The translations under genes and the position numbers were made by a program. Of a DNA stretch of 64,000 nt, positions 52,191 through 64,000 are shown piece by piece. This DNA comes from Lama glama. Lineage: Eukaryota. The stretch covers positions 20,586,001 through 20,650,000 of the forward strand of contig CM052817.1 in the NCBI GenBank assembly GCA_028534125.1, given 5' to 3'. The notes beneath the pieces were generated by a model. It worked only from the letters and a program-made list of their open reading frames with translations. It ran no database searches and was not told where the DNA came from. Numbering within the stretch: position 1 is the stretch's first letter; every line of letters begins with the position of its first letter.

Positions 52191-54198
52191 TACTCTAAGG
52201 ATGTCTGATCATAAGAGAAAGGACAGAAGATGGCAGCTTCAAATGGAATTCATGTCTGGAAACAGCACTCTTTATAATAGACAATTTCTGTCTATTTAAA
52301 TAAATAAACAAATAAATAAGTAAATAAATAATAGCGGTGCCTGCCATTAAGACAAAATAATGAGAAGCTATATAGAAAATAACAGATTCCGCATTTGAGG
52401 GGCAGGAGTGGCAAGAAATTAGCAGGTTGTACAGAAGGCTGAGTGTTCTCAGCATTAGCAAAGTGGATTCTAGAATTTTTGTTCAAGTCAGTGCAGAGAA
52501 AAGCCAGAGGGTATGACGCTACTGGGACACATTTTAAAACTATACCTTTTTTTTACATCAATATGTTATTAACTTCACATCCCACTTCTATACAGATAGT
52601 GATCTGTGACAAAAAATATATTATGCCTTTTTCTTTCTTCTCATTTTCTTTCTTAATTTAATTATCAACACATAAAACAGACTAACAAGACACTTTGTAT
52701 ATTTTATTGCTATTTCTATGTTTCTTCATTCTAGGGGCCCAAAGACTCTAAATCTTGTGTATTTTATGTAAATTTTTAAAAGATAATAATCATTTATTAT
52801 ATCCAGGATAATAAATTACTACCATACCTGTAAGCTACCGAGTAATTAATTACTAATTATGGAGGGTGAATCAACAAAAACACATTAGTGTTCTTAGTAA
52901 AATAAGTTGATGTTTTAACAAACAATTATAAAAGAATCTCTAAATTAATTGATTATTTTCAATAAGCTTAGAGTTGTTTCTTTGGAAAATAAATATAATT
53001 ATGAGACTTATTGTAGCTTTTTTCACTTTTGTTTGGTTTTGGTTTTGGTTTTAAGGTTAGTTGCTTTTACATATTTGTCCCTTTTCTGGAGCTGAAACAC
53101 AACTGAACAGACGAAAAGCAGTGGGTTCCTGGTCCCTCACATCTTTGCCTCAGGTTGAACATCCACTTACCAATGTTTGGGGAGTCACCTGTAAGCATAT
53201 TGTTTTTGCTTTTACCTCTTACTTGTCTATTCTATGGCCTAAAAGGAATCTAAATAACCAGGTAGATTTTTCAGGAAGTAAGCAGCCTATAAATGAATGA
53301 TTTGTAATTTCCAAGCAGTTTTTGAATTTGTTCTCACACAGGGTGACACATAGGAATTACTGTGACTTTAAGAAAGAATATCCATTTGAGCTTTTGCCTC
53401 TCTTCGTCCTTTCTTAATTTTTTATTAAGATGATTTCCAAATGGAATCTCTGAATCTCTTTCTTTTTGTTAAAACTTAGCCTGCTTTTCATTTAAAAAAA
53501 TTTTTGGTCTTTTTTTTTTTTTTTTTGTAGGTTTTCTTTAGGTTACGACAAAGCTGTTTCATAGGTATTTGTATTTTGATTGCAAACCTTTTATGATGTT
53601 AGACTTAAGGAAAAACTCTATGTTGCATGTATGTCTGTGTGTCTGTGTGTATTCAGGGGACAACATAAAGAGCCAGGAGGCACTCTCACTCCTAGGAGCA
53701 TAAAGGTTCTAGACCAAAGAATGAGATCAAGAGTGACACAAAACATGCTGACAGGCTATTATATTCTCTCTGTTAGAAGTCCTGGCATTCTAAGCAAATG
53801 ATAGGCTCATGTAAATGATGGTAATATGTTTAGAATCTTTTGTGGAGTGCAATTCCAGATTTGCTGTAGGTTGGTATGGATATTTGCTATTAAAACATTT
53901 TTGGTTCAAACCCTCAGTACCAAGCCATATAATACTCTCTATATGTTCCATTATTGCAACACATCCTTCCTATGGTTATGGAAAACCTAATATAAAAGTC
54001 CTGTATCCTTGCATTAAATTTTACAGTATTATAAGGCTGCCTTTAGAGGAAAAGTTGGAAGAATCAATGTGAATAGTTATTCATTTTATTTTCTTATAAT
54101 TGTAAAAATAAAAGGCGGGGATTCTAGATTAGAGGGAAAAACATCAATTTACCTGCAGCATTCTTGGATAGGTAGTTGGTGTCAAATTTCAATAGCGT

Positions 54199-54212
54199 CC
54201 TCAAGAGGGCAC
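54199..54212 (+). promoter_or_regulatory. Candidate CTCF site
   Basis: cctcaagagggcac fits the CCnCnAGRKGGCRS core; motif match only. Confidence 0.35.
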
Positions 54213-54679
54213 TGTCACCTGTTTTACAGAGCTTATAATTTGTACCTTTTATTGATAAGAACCCTTGCAATACTTGAAGAGTGTTTTTAATCTATTTTTA
54301 TCTGAAATGCTGTCTATAGCAACCCCCACCTGTCCAGGGTTACATAGCAGGGGTTAACTTATATACCAGCAAGCTTGCAACTTTTGACTGGTTTTACACC
54401 AGGAACATTTCCTAGATTGTTCCACCGACCGAGATAGCTGCGACTATGTACATCCTAGCTATCAATTCATCAAAAATGTATTTTCAAGCACCGCTTTATG
54501 CTTGCTATTTGTACAATTGATATTGTAGACAGCTAAGTTTTGGCTATGAGATGTGAGGCTTAAGCCTGCTTAATAAAGTGCTTTGGAACATCTCCACTTA
54601 ACATTGATTCTTTCCACTTTTTTAAATTAAGATATAGCTTACAAGTGATTTTACTTTCTATAATATATATATATACACA

Positions 54680-54800
54680 CACCATGCTTGATTCTGGAGT
54701 CAGACTTCTTGAGTTTAAACAGCACCTCTACTGTTAAGAGAAAGTGCATATGCCAAATGACTTCTCCTCTTGGGTTGTTATGAGGCTTACATGATATCTA
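54680..54800 (+). mobile_element. MIR fragment
   Basis: gattctggagtcagacttcttgagtttaaac...gggttgttatgaggcttacatga. Confidence 0.6.
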
Positions 54801-56679
54801 TATAGTAACATTAAGCTAATTTCGTTAGTATTACATATTTCAAAAGTTCTCCATTGGACTTGCCATGACTCAAATAATCTAACTTATAGTTTGTGTAAAA
54901 TGTAGTTGGTCTATGATTATTTAAAATGTTTAATTTTTTGAAAATATATATAATACTTTTAATTAACTAGGTAAAGACTTTAAAAATACTCAACTTTTGA
55001 AGGCATTCTATATATATGTACATATATTCACACATATTAACATACAAACACATATATACAGTTTTGTGGAAATTCTGTTCTAAAGTGACTTGAATTTAAT
55101 TGTTCAAAGAGGCAAAACCTTTTGAATTAAGTATTCCAAAGTATCATGAGTTAAATTATTCTAGATAAATTATTTTTGTTTAAATGGTACTTATATCCAT
55201 CATATTAAAATATTTTCTTTTCAAATATTATATGAGGGGAAAAATTCTAATATAATTTTTAGTTTTTCACAGAAATAGCTGTAAATGTATGTGTTATAAA
55301 TCCAACATAAGAATTTATAAGCGCAGACACAAATTATGTATTTCATTATTGATATAAAGAGATAAAAGAGAATGAAAGGATCACAGTTGCTGCTATATCT
55401 GTCTGTACATAATACTGCTTATTTATATTTGATTTTAATGGGATGTCGGTAGTTAAATTTTAATGGTCTCAAGTTAACTAAAATACTTACAATTTTTTTA
55501 ATTGACTTAATTTTCAAATAGTTGAAGCTTTCTTTTTCCTCTGGATACACAAATACTACATAACAGCAGTTCTAAAAAGCAGATATGATGAACTTGAAAT
55601 GCTCTTGAAGATTAAACTAATGAATAATTTCATGTGGATTTCTCCTCTGCTGTTTTTGAGGACAAATATTCAAAAACAAATCCCCCCTGCATTGGTACAC
55701 CATCCTCTAACATGATTGCCAAATTTACAAGCATCAGCGTGCAAACCAGTGCCCTCAAACTTGGTCATCATTTACATTTTTTCCTTCATTACAAGGTTAC
55801 AAATCGTGGGGCATGTACAGCTGCATCTTTTGGACAAATGCTCACTGTAGTGGGAGCCACTGTCTCTGCCTCTCCCTGATTATCTAATTACTGTTACTCC
55901 ATAGGAGTCGAACAATTGTCATTTCTCCCTTCTCAAAAATCAGTCCTCAAAATGCACTGATCTGTATTGAAAGAGAAATACAACAGAAGAAAGAGACTGC
56001 TCAGTTAATTGATTGATTGTTTGGGTGGCTGCTTGATTTCAGAGCTTCTTTTATGAGTTCATCATTTCTACATTTTGAAATCAATGATGCTTTTTAAGTT
56101 CTAAAGGTCTTATTTAATTGGATGGCTCTCGAAATTGCAGAGGCAAATATGTCAGATGTCTTGACATATACTTCATTCATTTTGATCATTTCCTTTCTTG
56201 AGGCTAGTACTTATTTCTGTACTCAGAACTAACTTGAGAGACATAGAAAATTGGTAAGCTCCCATTTGATGGCAAATCTATTTGATTTAATCTGTGCAGT
56301 GACTTTTTCAATTACCGTTTTAATATTTTTGCCTTAATTTTAAAAAAACACTTCATGGTTTAATTCTGGTCCATGTTACGTTTCAACGATCAGTTTACAT
56401 TTTAGAAGAATATTGTAAAGAAGAAGTGACACCATAACTGCTCGTTTGGTTTGCATTTTCTTCCATGTGTTCTGAAATATTACACCTTGAAGGAAAGGAA
56501 AATAAAACTTTGTCTTTTTTCTGCATTTAGTCATTCCCTTTTGCTGCTTTACTTGGATGTTTTGGGTTTCTTACAGCTAGCCTGATTAAAGCCATCCTAC
56601 CACGCCTGATGTGATAGGAAACATCACTTACTCTGTCTCATTCAAAAGCTTCCAGATGAACTCCACTCCCCTCCCAAGT

Positions 56680-56730
56680 GTACTGAGGTATAATGGACAA
56701 ATAAAATTATAAGATATTTAAAGTGTTCCA
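56680..56730 (-). mobile_element. Very short L1 3' tip
   Basis: tactgaggtataatggacaaataaaattataagatatttaaagtgt. Confidence 0.55.
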
Positions 56731-58150
56731 ATGAACAGTTTTAAAGGTCCACATGCACAGGTAACTTGTGCCTTGGTTATATATTTTAACAATTACAAAC
56801 ACATTGTTGCACAGTATTTGCACTTTTCTAACCTTTATGCAGTTATCTGTACAAGCATTTGTTAGAACCTAAGTTCCATAGGGAGAGGAATGTCTTCATC
56901 CTTTTTCACTTTTTCACATAATTATCTCTCTACTATTCAGTTTAAGTTTGGTGCAGTAATGGGTACTCAAGAAACACTTTCTTGAAGAAATGTATAAAAT
57001 AAAGCTATTGCTGGTTACTAAACGCTATTAGATGATGTAATAAGGATAAGAACATCTCAGGAGATTTGAAAACTGAGAGATTAGTGGGAGATGTTCCCAG
57101 ATTCCTTAACCATGGCTATATTCAGTCTCCAGACAAGAAGGTATATATTTATCAAGTCCAAAAGCAAGTTAATGATCAGAGCATTACAATATTGGGGAAA
57201 ACTTAGTTATTGTATCTTAAATAAAGATTGCATCTTACAAAGGGATATAAATATTGACACTGTCTAATCCATGGTAATATAATTATTACTAGTCCTTAAG
57301 CTTGCTGCCAGTTAGAATTTTTCCATGTCAGTAGAATCCAAGACTAATTTGCTCTGATTAGCAGAGAATTACTTTGCAGACTTTCTGTTCATTTATACAA
57401 GGACAGACCTGTTAATTCCAACCCAGTGAATGTGTATGGGAAGCCCACAAAAGTCTTCAGAAGCCTCAAGCTTTTAGTACAAATAGTTGATTTTTCCATA
57501 TGGCAGATACTCAGTTTTTCGGAAGAAAGCATCCCACTGATGCTGTGAAAAAGAGAGGAAAAGAAAGGCTTAATTCCTTAAGTGCGGTTGCTGGGTTGGT
57601 GCTCAACAAAGGAAATGCACTTAACCCAGTGCAGTGTGAGCCCTTCCTCCAAAGGATCCAGTAAGCGCCTCATATCAGAATGTTGTCCTAATAAGGCTCC
57701 GCAATGTAAAAGAATGAAATACCCTTGGAGAACAAAAGTACGAGTGAGGAAACAGACATGATCGACTGCAAACCAGAAACAGGAAAGCACGCTGTGGGTG
57801 GTTTAATCTTAAAGTGAACTTTTATTTTGCCACCTGAATGGGGCTTCAAGGCAAGTAAATTAAAATGAGACTAGAGTAACTAGGAGCATCAGGCATGTGA
57901 GAGACCATTAGGTTACGGATAAGCATAACCATCCCTTACAAAGGATGTCTCTAACAGCAAGTGACTCAGTTTAGAGGTGAAGGTTGTACAGGCTGATAGT
58001 TAGAAGGAGCCAAGTGTGAAGATGCAAGAGACATTCAAGCCATGAAGGGTAGCCAGGAAAGCAGCAAGCGAGAAATACGCGATGCTTTTTTTTCTTTCAT
58101 TTCTTTCAAGTAACAGCGGTAGGGTATAAATTGTTAATACTGAAAGTATC

Positions 58151-58640
58151 TGTTAATTAGATTGCAAGTGACAGAAAACTTGCCCCCAAATTAGCTTTAT
58201 TCACGGGGAAATCCATCAGTTCTCAGGTAACTGAAATGTTTGGAATTTGACCTGGCATCATTATATACAAGGTCACACGTGGTCACCAAAGCCCTGTTTG
58301 ACTCTTTCCATCTCTTGAGCCCCTTTTCCATGCTCGGATAAGTCATTCCCTTCTGCAGTTAAAAGATGGCACCTGTTGGCCATTTCAGCACAGTCTCTTG
58401 TCTCCAGTGGCATCTCATGGACATACTGGAGCCAGTCACGTGGATGGGAGAAAGTAATACTCTGATTGGCTTAAGCCTGAGCCACATGTCTACCTTAGTA
58501 CTGGGGATGGGACCAGCTTTACAGAAACAGCAATGGCTAAAACCTGAAAGGGGATAGTTTTCCAAAAGGAAATAATGTTTTTTGCACTAAAAATACGGGT
58601 TGTGGATCCTGGTGGCAAAAACACAACAAATGTCTCCCAC
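58151..58640 (-). mobile_element. MaLR LTR (MLT1K-like)
   Basis: gattgcaagtgacagaaaac...gtaactgaaa...aagatggc...ctctgattggc...ttttccaaaaggaaat...aacaaatgtctcccac. Confidence 0.75.
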
Positions 58641-59639
58641 GTTGGCCAATTACTCAGTAGTTACAGAGGGGCCCGTCCCTGACTGTGACACTAGGTGCTC
58701 AGCACTTCCTTGTGAAGTTCTCTACCTTCAGTCTAGGGTCAGGCTTCAAGAATACGCTGCAGGAAGGAGACTGAGTCTGCCCTCAGGCAGACTTGCCAAA
58801 TCCTGGGTTTGTGTCAGATTCACTGCACATCAATTTCAAAAAACAGCTTGTAAAAATATTCCTATTTTGGAATTGGGCGTTGATTTTGTAACCACTGCAC
58901 TCTACTAGATAGCCTATTTGTTACACTGACTATATGTGAGTGGGGGTAAATATGAAAAATATTATCACGTGACACAATAATTGTACTTGCAATTGCAGGG
59001 ACTGAGAAATAAAATAAAATTATTGGAAAAAATTAAAATAGATGTACTCTGAAATTGGAAGGACACTTCGTTCAGGTGCTATTTGGTTGTAAATGAGTCT
59101 CTTAAATATGATCTATGCTTTATCATGTTTGCCCTTGTTCAAGAATTAGTTTCATAGGCATTAATGACTATAATGTAATATGAAGAGGCCTTACAGTATG
59201 TTCCCCGTATTTTACTGAAATAATATTTACATAAAGAGAAATGTGAGTTTTGCCTCTTGGCTTTGCTGTTTCTAAGAAGCACATCTTTATAATTAAATGA
59301 CCTCTACTTCTATACTCCCTGGACAAAAATAGGTATAATTAGGTAAATAACATTTCTAAGGTGCTTTAGAATTCACAGAACAGATTTATATACTTTCCTT
59401 AACATCTCTGTGAATCCATTTTTTAAAATCTATACTGTAGAGATTAGAAATGGACACTAATTTTCCAGGGACTTCACTGTCTTGCATGTATAGCCAGGTC
59501 CTCTGCCTTCACATCCTCTGTTCTCTGCTCCGCTAATGTTTTTCCAGCTGTATTATTTGTGAACAGCACCTAAATCTTAGCCACATAGTTCACATAGTTA
59601 TTTGTCATTTTCTTTCACTGATTTTTTTTTTTTTACTGA

Positions 59640-59942
59640 ACCTGCTTCGGAAACTCCAATTCTTTCTTCAAAATACTGCTCACACGCCACTTTTTGTTTA
59701 AGGCCTTCTTCAATCCTCAAGCAAGTATGTCTTGTCTATCATCACAGCCTCATTGTACAAGCAGCTGTTAGCGTGTCTCACTCTGTTATAGTGATTTCTT
59801 TGCATGACGGTCTCTCCAACTGAACTGTGAGATTCTTGAAGACAGAGATCATGTCTTGGGCATCTGTGTATCCCAGTTACTAGTGCTCCAGAAGCTTAGC
59901 ACCTAAGAGTTGAGTTCTCAGTGTTTGATGAATGAATGAATG
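59640..59942 (+). mobile_element. L2 LINE 3' end
   Basis: actgaactgtgagattcttgaagacagagatcatgtct...tctgtgtatcccag...gcttagcac...ctcagtgtttgatgaatgaatgaatg. Confidence 0.8.
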
Positions 59943-62900
59943 GACCACACATACTGAAAACACAGCAGCAACGCGGTGTGGGTAGAGTGCCTTGCCGGCG
60001 CATACTGAAGTTAGAGATAAGTAATCTACAACCATAGCGTAATGTCTCTGGATTTTATATGTAGGTTTGTTTTTTCAAAATTTTCCTCATATTGTTAAGT
60101 TGCCATCCTAGAATTACAGCAGAGTTTGGTTCAATTTCTTAATGTAGATATTAAAGCATTTCAATAATGCCCTTTGTTTTAAAATTAATTCTTAACAAGT
60201 ACAATAACACAGCACTAACTCACATGCTTTCCAAGGGTAACAACAGAACTTAAACCTTCACAGCATAAAAATAGCAATCTTGAGTTGACACCTCATCAGG
60301 TACGCAATCTTGTGAAGAAAAATCTTACACTTTGTCTTGAATAGGAGCAGACTTGATCTTTTAAAATCTAATGTGTGTGTGTGTGGAGGGGGGAAGTGTT
60401 TCATGATATTTCCATCACTGAATACAGTTTCAACAGAAAATAGATGACCTCTAGCTCTATGATGTTTAAATATTATGCCTTTCATTTATTCTAATAAACT
60501 ATTTTTCTGTGGTTTTGTAGAAAGAGATGATAATTCTGCAAGTGTCTAAACTAAGTGTTAAGATTATTGCTTTATACACTAATAGAAATCTAATGGTATG
60601 TTTGTGTTTCAGTCCTGAGTATAACTGTCAGTTTTGGGTATAAGATGTTGGAGAAGTGCTGATTGGTGTTGGAAGGAATGTGTTCTTGTGCTAGTTGCTT
60701 ATCAACGTTGGCTTAACTAAAAGTGTTCTCACTGTAGAATGATCCCAGGACCAATGTTTGGAGTTTTGGTTAAAATAATAAAGAATTCTGTCTACTCTTA
60801 GCACCATCTCAGAGGTAACAGCCTCCTCACCACTAGGCAGTTTAGAACTACACAGAGGAATTCATCGTTGTTATACTGAACATCAACAACTTACAGATTC
60901 TTGAAATTTGCCAAATGTCTGAGGAATTTTTTTAGCTTTATTGAGAGGTGGTAGGCAATCATTGCAATGATTTCAATCCAAAGACCATTTTGCAAAGAAA
61001 AGATTGAAAAATATGTCTTTTTTTGAGGGATATTAGAGTCCCAGTTCTCTGGTCTTTGCCCTCAAGTCACTCTTTAGGAAATAAAAGTATAATAGTGACC
61101 GGGAATCAAAAATCATCACAAGCATGAATGATTCTGAAAAATCTCTCCGCATATTCAATTATAAAAGGACCTTTGTTTTTGACACACTGTAAACTTTGTT
61201 GCATACGATGCACTGCTGGTGATGCCAGAGTCTGACTGCATGACTTCTCATAGGATCACTTGTGTCAGATTGAATATCAGCCTCTTCTAAGGGAAAGAAA
61301 AAATGAAGGTAACATCATCAAACCATATCCCTTCAGAATAGAGATTTTTATAACTTTTTTAACTGAATAAGTTTTCTTTTCTTTATCCTTAACTTTTTTT
61401 TCCTGTTAAGTAGGTTAATGTTATGTTCTGACTGCTATCTGTCCTTCAGGAGTTGAATTCCTTTTTTTTTTTTTTCACCCAAGCTCTGATGGCTGTTTGT
61501 GAGAAATCATTTTCCAGATCCCTCTCTTTGCAATAGTTAATACCTTTTCTGTTGGTAATTTATGGTCTTCTTTATAGATGCTAAAAAGTGGGTATGATTT
61601 ACAAAAGCAAAAGAGAAGCTATGCACTCCCTTTCATTCTTACTCTCCCCAGTGTTCACATGTGCTCTCTGAGTCTCTTCTGCTAATCTCACTTCTACAAT
61701 TCAGCTTACCTATCACCAGGCTACTCCTCTGAAAACACGAGTCTCAAAGCCACCCAGCCCCACTTTCAAAGTTCTCCACCCACTGGTCCCGCCCCCAATT
61801 CTAATCCCATTACTTAGTCATTCAGACTTTCTTGACCTAATTTTCCAAACTTTATATCCTGTCCTCCAAACATAACTGAATTTTCTTGTGTTGCCATGCA
61901 TTTGTTCCTGCTCTTTCCTCAACCAGTGTCATCCTCATGACGCCACTAACTGGGTTCCTTTTCACAAGTCAGAGCTCAGCGATCTTAATCTTTGGGTGAG
62001 CCTTCCCTGCTCTTCTCCTCTCACTGTGCTGTCTTTTGACTATGCCTTTATGAGTCTGTTGACACTCACTTGCTGTTTGTCACCTCCAAACTGCTATTGT
62101 CCCATATCCTGTCAAGCAGGCATGCTCTGTCCCTACAAAATTTTACTGTCTAGGAGTTAGTAGATAACATTTTATAATTCTTTTGGTTTCTGCATGCCAC
62201 TAAGCAAAATATATTTTAAAAATAAGTTACTCAGTGAAGATTTACAGGTTATTTGAAATTCCTTTCAGCAGTAATGATAATGAAAATACTCACCTGGAAC
62301 AGGTAAAACACTTGGACCCTAGAAAAACTTTTGATGCAATCATCAAAGCAGAATTTCCTGAGAGTAACGCGTAAAATCAAAACAACCACAGCATATTTAA
62401 CATCTGTAAGATGGACTGAAGATTATTGACATGGCCAAGATAATATGTCCCAAAAGGGCTGATGATTATTAATCTTACAGCTGGAGTTACAACAAACCAG
62501 GTGATACAAACTGACCTCTTTCGGAGGGTAGGAATTTGCAACAGGGAAAGAAACACCTCTAGTTTAAACCACACCAACTTTCAAAGAAGCTGCCTTGTGT
62601 TATTATCTCGGTCCAGTGCTTCTAACATATTTTAAAATTCTTTTAGCATCTACATTCTGTATAAGCAAATAAGGAACTGAAAAATTTAGCTTGATTGACT
62701 TAAAGGAAGTAATCTGCATGCCGTTAGATCAGTGAGACTAGATTCTAGTTCCTCCTCATGACGCCATTGTATGGGAAAGGCAGAATGGTTAAAAGTGCCA
62801 GATGGGTGCACCTGGTCTGATATGTCCTCAGTGGCTTTTTGTTGATTCTAATTAGGCTAATTTATCTGCAGTTTTCTTTTTAGAACGGCAGTGTATTTGA

Positions 62901-64000
62901 ATTTTTTCCCTATGATGTTTGTTATTTAATGTTTTGCTCTGTTTTTTAACATGGAGTTTAGGGTATTTATCAAATGTTTGTATCAACCTGCCATAATTGT
63001 AGTTCCATCCCATTTCATGTTATTTTCTAACTGCTGTCAAGGTCTTATTTTGGCTTTATTCCTTACTATTACTGTATGGCATTATTAATACATGTTTTGG
63101 CCCTAGACATTATAGGAACATCTGAATAGCAAAGCACTTATATTTCACGGTAGCCAGTATGGATTTGACATGGAAACCCGCTTGTTTTTAACTTTACAAA
63201 GACCTTTGCTCCTTTTTTCCTTAACTGACATTTTTATTTCTTCCTTTATGTGATTCATCTTTCAGTGAAATATGTTTTTATACCTTCCTTCCACCAAAAT
63301 GAAAAAGGGTTGTCTATGTTTTAAGAGATTATATTTTTAAGTTTATAAAGCATTTTCTTTGTTAAATTTTTAAATTTCAGAGAAATTTAGTAGATCTTAA
63401 TTGGCATAATAAAATTTAATATTTACGAATACTAATTTTTAAGGTCTTTCATACACTAACTGAATATAATGGGGTCTACAAAAACTTTGGGTGATAATAA
63501 GCTTTTAAAAACCTAATACTGAAATTTAATGGCTTTAGGTAGTAGCAAACTTTTAAAACCTCAAATGACAACTATTTCATTCACCTCAGTACACACCTAG
63601 CATCACAGTAGGTTCTTGAGTTGAGCCTTATAATATAAAAATACAATAAAAAATAATATAAATACAATCTTCTTTAAGTACTCTGGCAGGAGACACCTCT
63701 TAATCTTTGTTAAAGAGGAAACACTAGGTCAATGAGCGACACATCATTATAATATGCAAATTTTATGACTAATTCAGTTGTAGTTAGTGATGATTTCCCT
63801 CTGTGGCTAAGGCATCCCAGAAGTGGATAAAGCAACTAATGAGAGAGGTGTGTGTTTAATCAGTTAATCACAAATTTCACATAATTTTTAAGGTACCTGA
63901 ATAAAGAGAACATCCAAGGCTTTGTATCTTGTTTTTAAAGGGATGTTAGATTTTCACTTAATTGTTAATGTTATTAATCACTAGGACCCTAATTGGAGAC

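Noticed and set aside
1..64000. Prokaryotic-type systems (CRISPR, operons, defence islands), rRNA, intact retroviral or transposase genes, CpG-island promoter
   Set aside because: No repeat-spacer arrays, long ORFs, rRNA-like sequence or CpG island are present; the DNA is mammalian intronic-type sequence.

Overview
AT-rich, CpG-poor mammalian nuclear DNA containing one 100-N assembly gap (7730-7829). It is most likely camelid: two tRNA-Ala-derived SINEs resemble the vic-1 type, the L1 3' ends look cetartiodactyl, and I recognised no ruminant BovB/Bov-A or pig PRE-1 elements. None of the six-frame ORFs is a credible stand-alone gene; the only recognisable protein sequence is LINE-1 ORF2 C-terminal debris. 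The window reads like the interior or 3' part of a large + strand spliced transcription unit. It has a series of short + strand segments with good splice signals (27-nt 1973-1999, 116-nt 5261-5376, 54-nt 8123-8176, 114-nt 12320-12433, 25-nt 14265-14289, 71-nt 36467-36537, 101-nt 41866-41966), a TE-free UTR-like stretch with a poly(A) signal near 13.8 kb, and mostly antisense L1/LTR insertions. I could not identify the host gene. The rest is ancient TE debris (MIR, L2, MER3/5A/20/33, MLT1, L1M), a few younger L1/SINE insertions with target-site duplications, and microsatellites. I found no evidence for a new biological system. The best leads are the candidate microexon/alternative 3' exon array and a few compact regulatory-looking elements. 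TE family names and boundaries were assigned by eye from remembered consensus sequences and are approximate.
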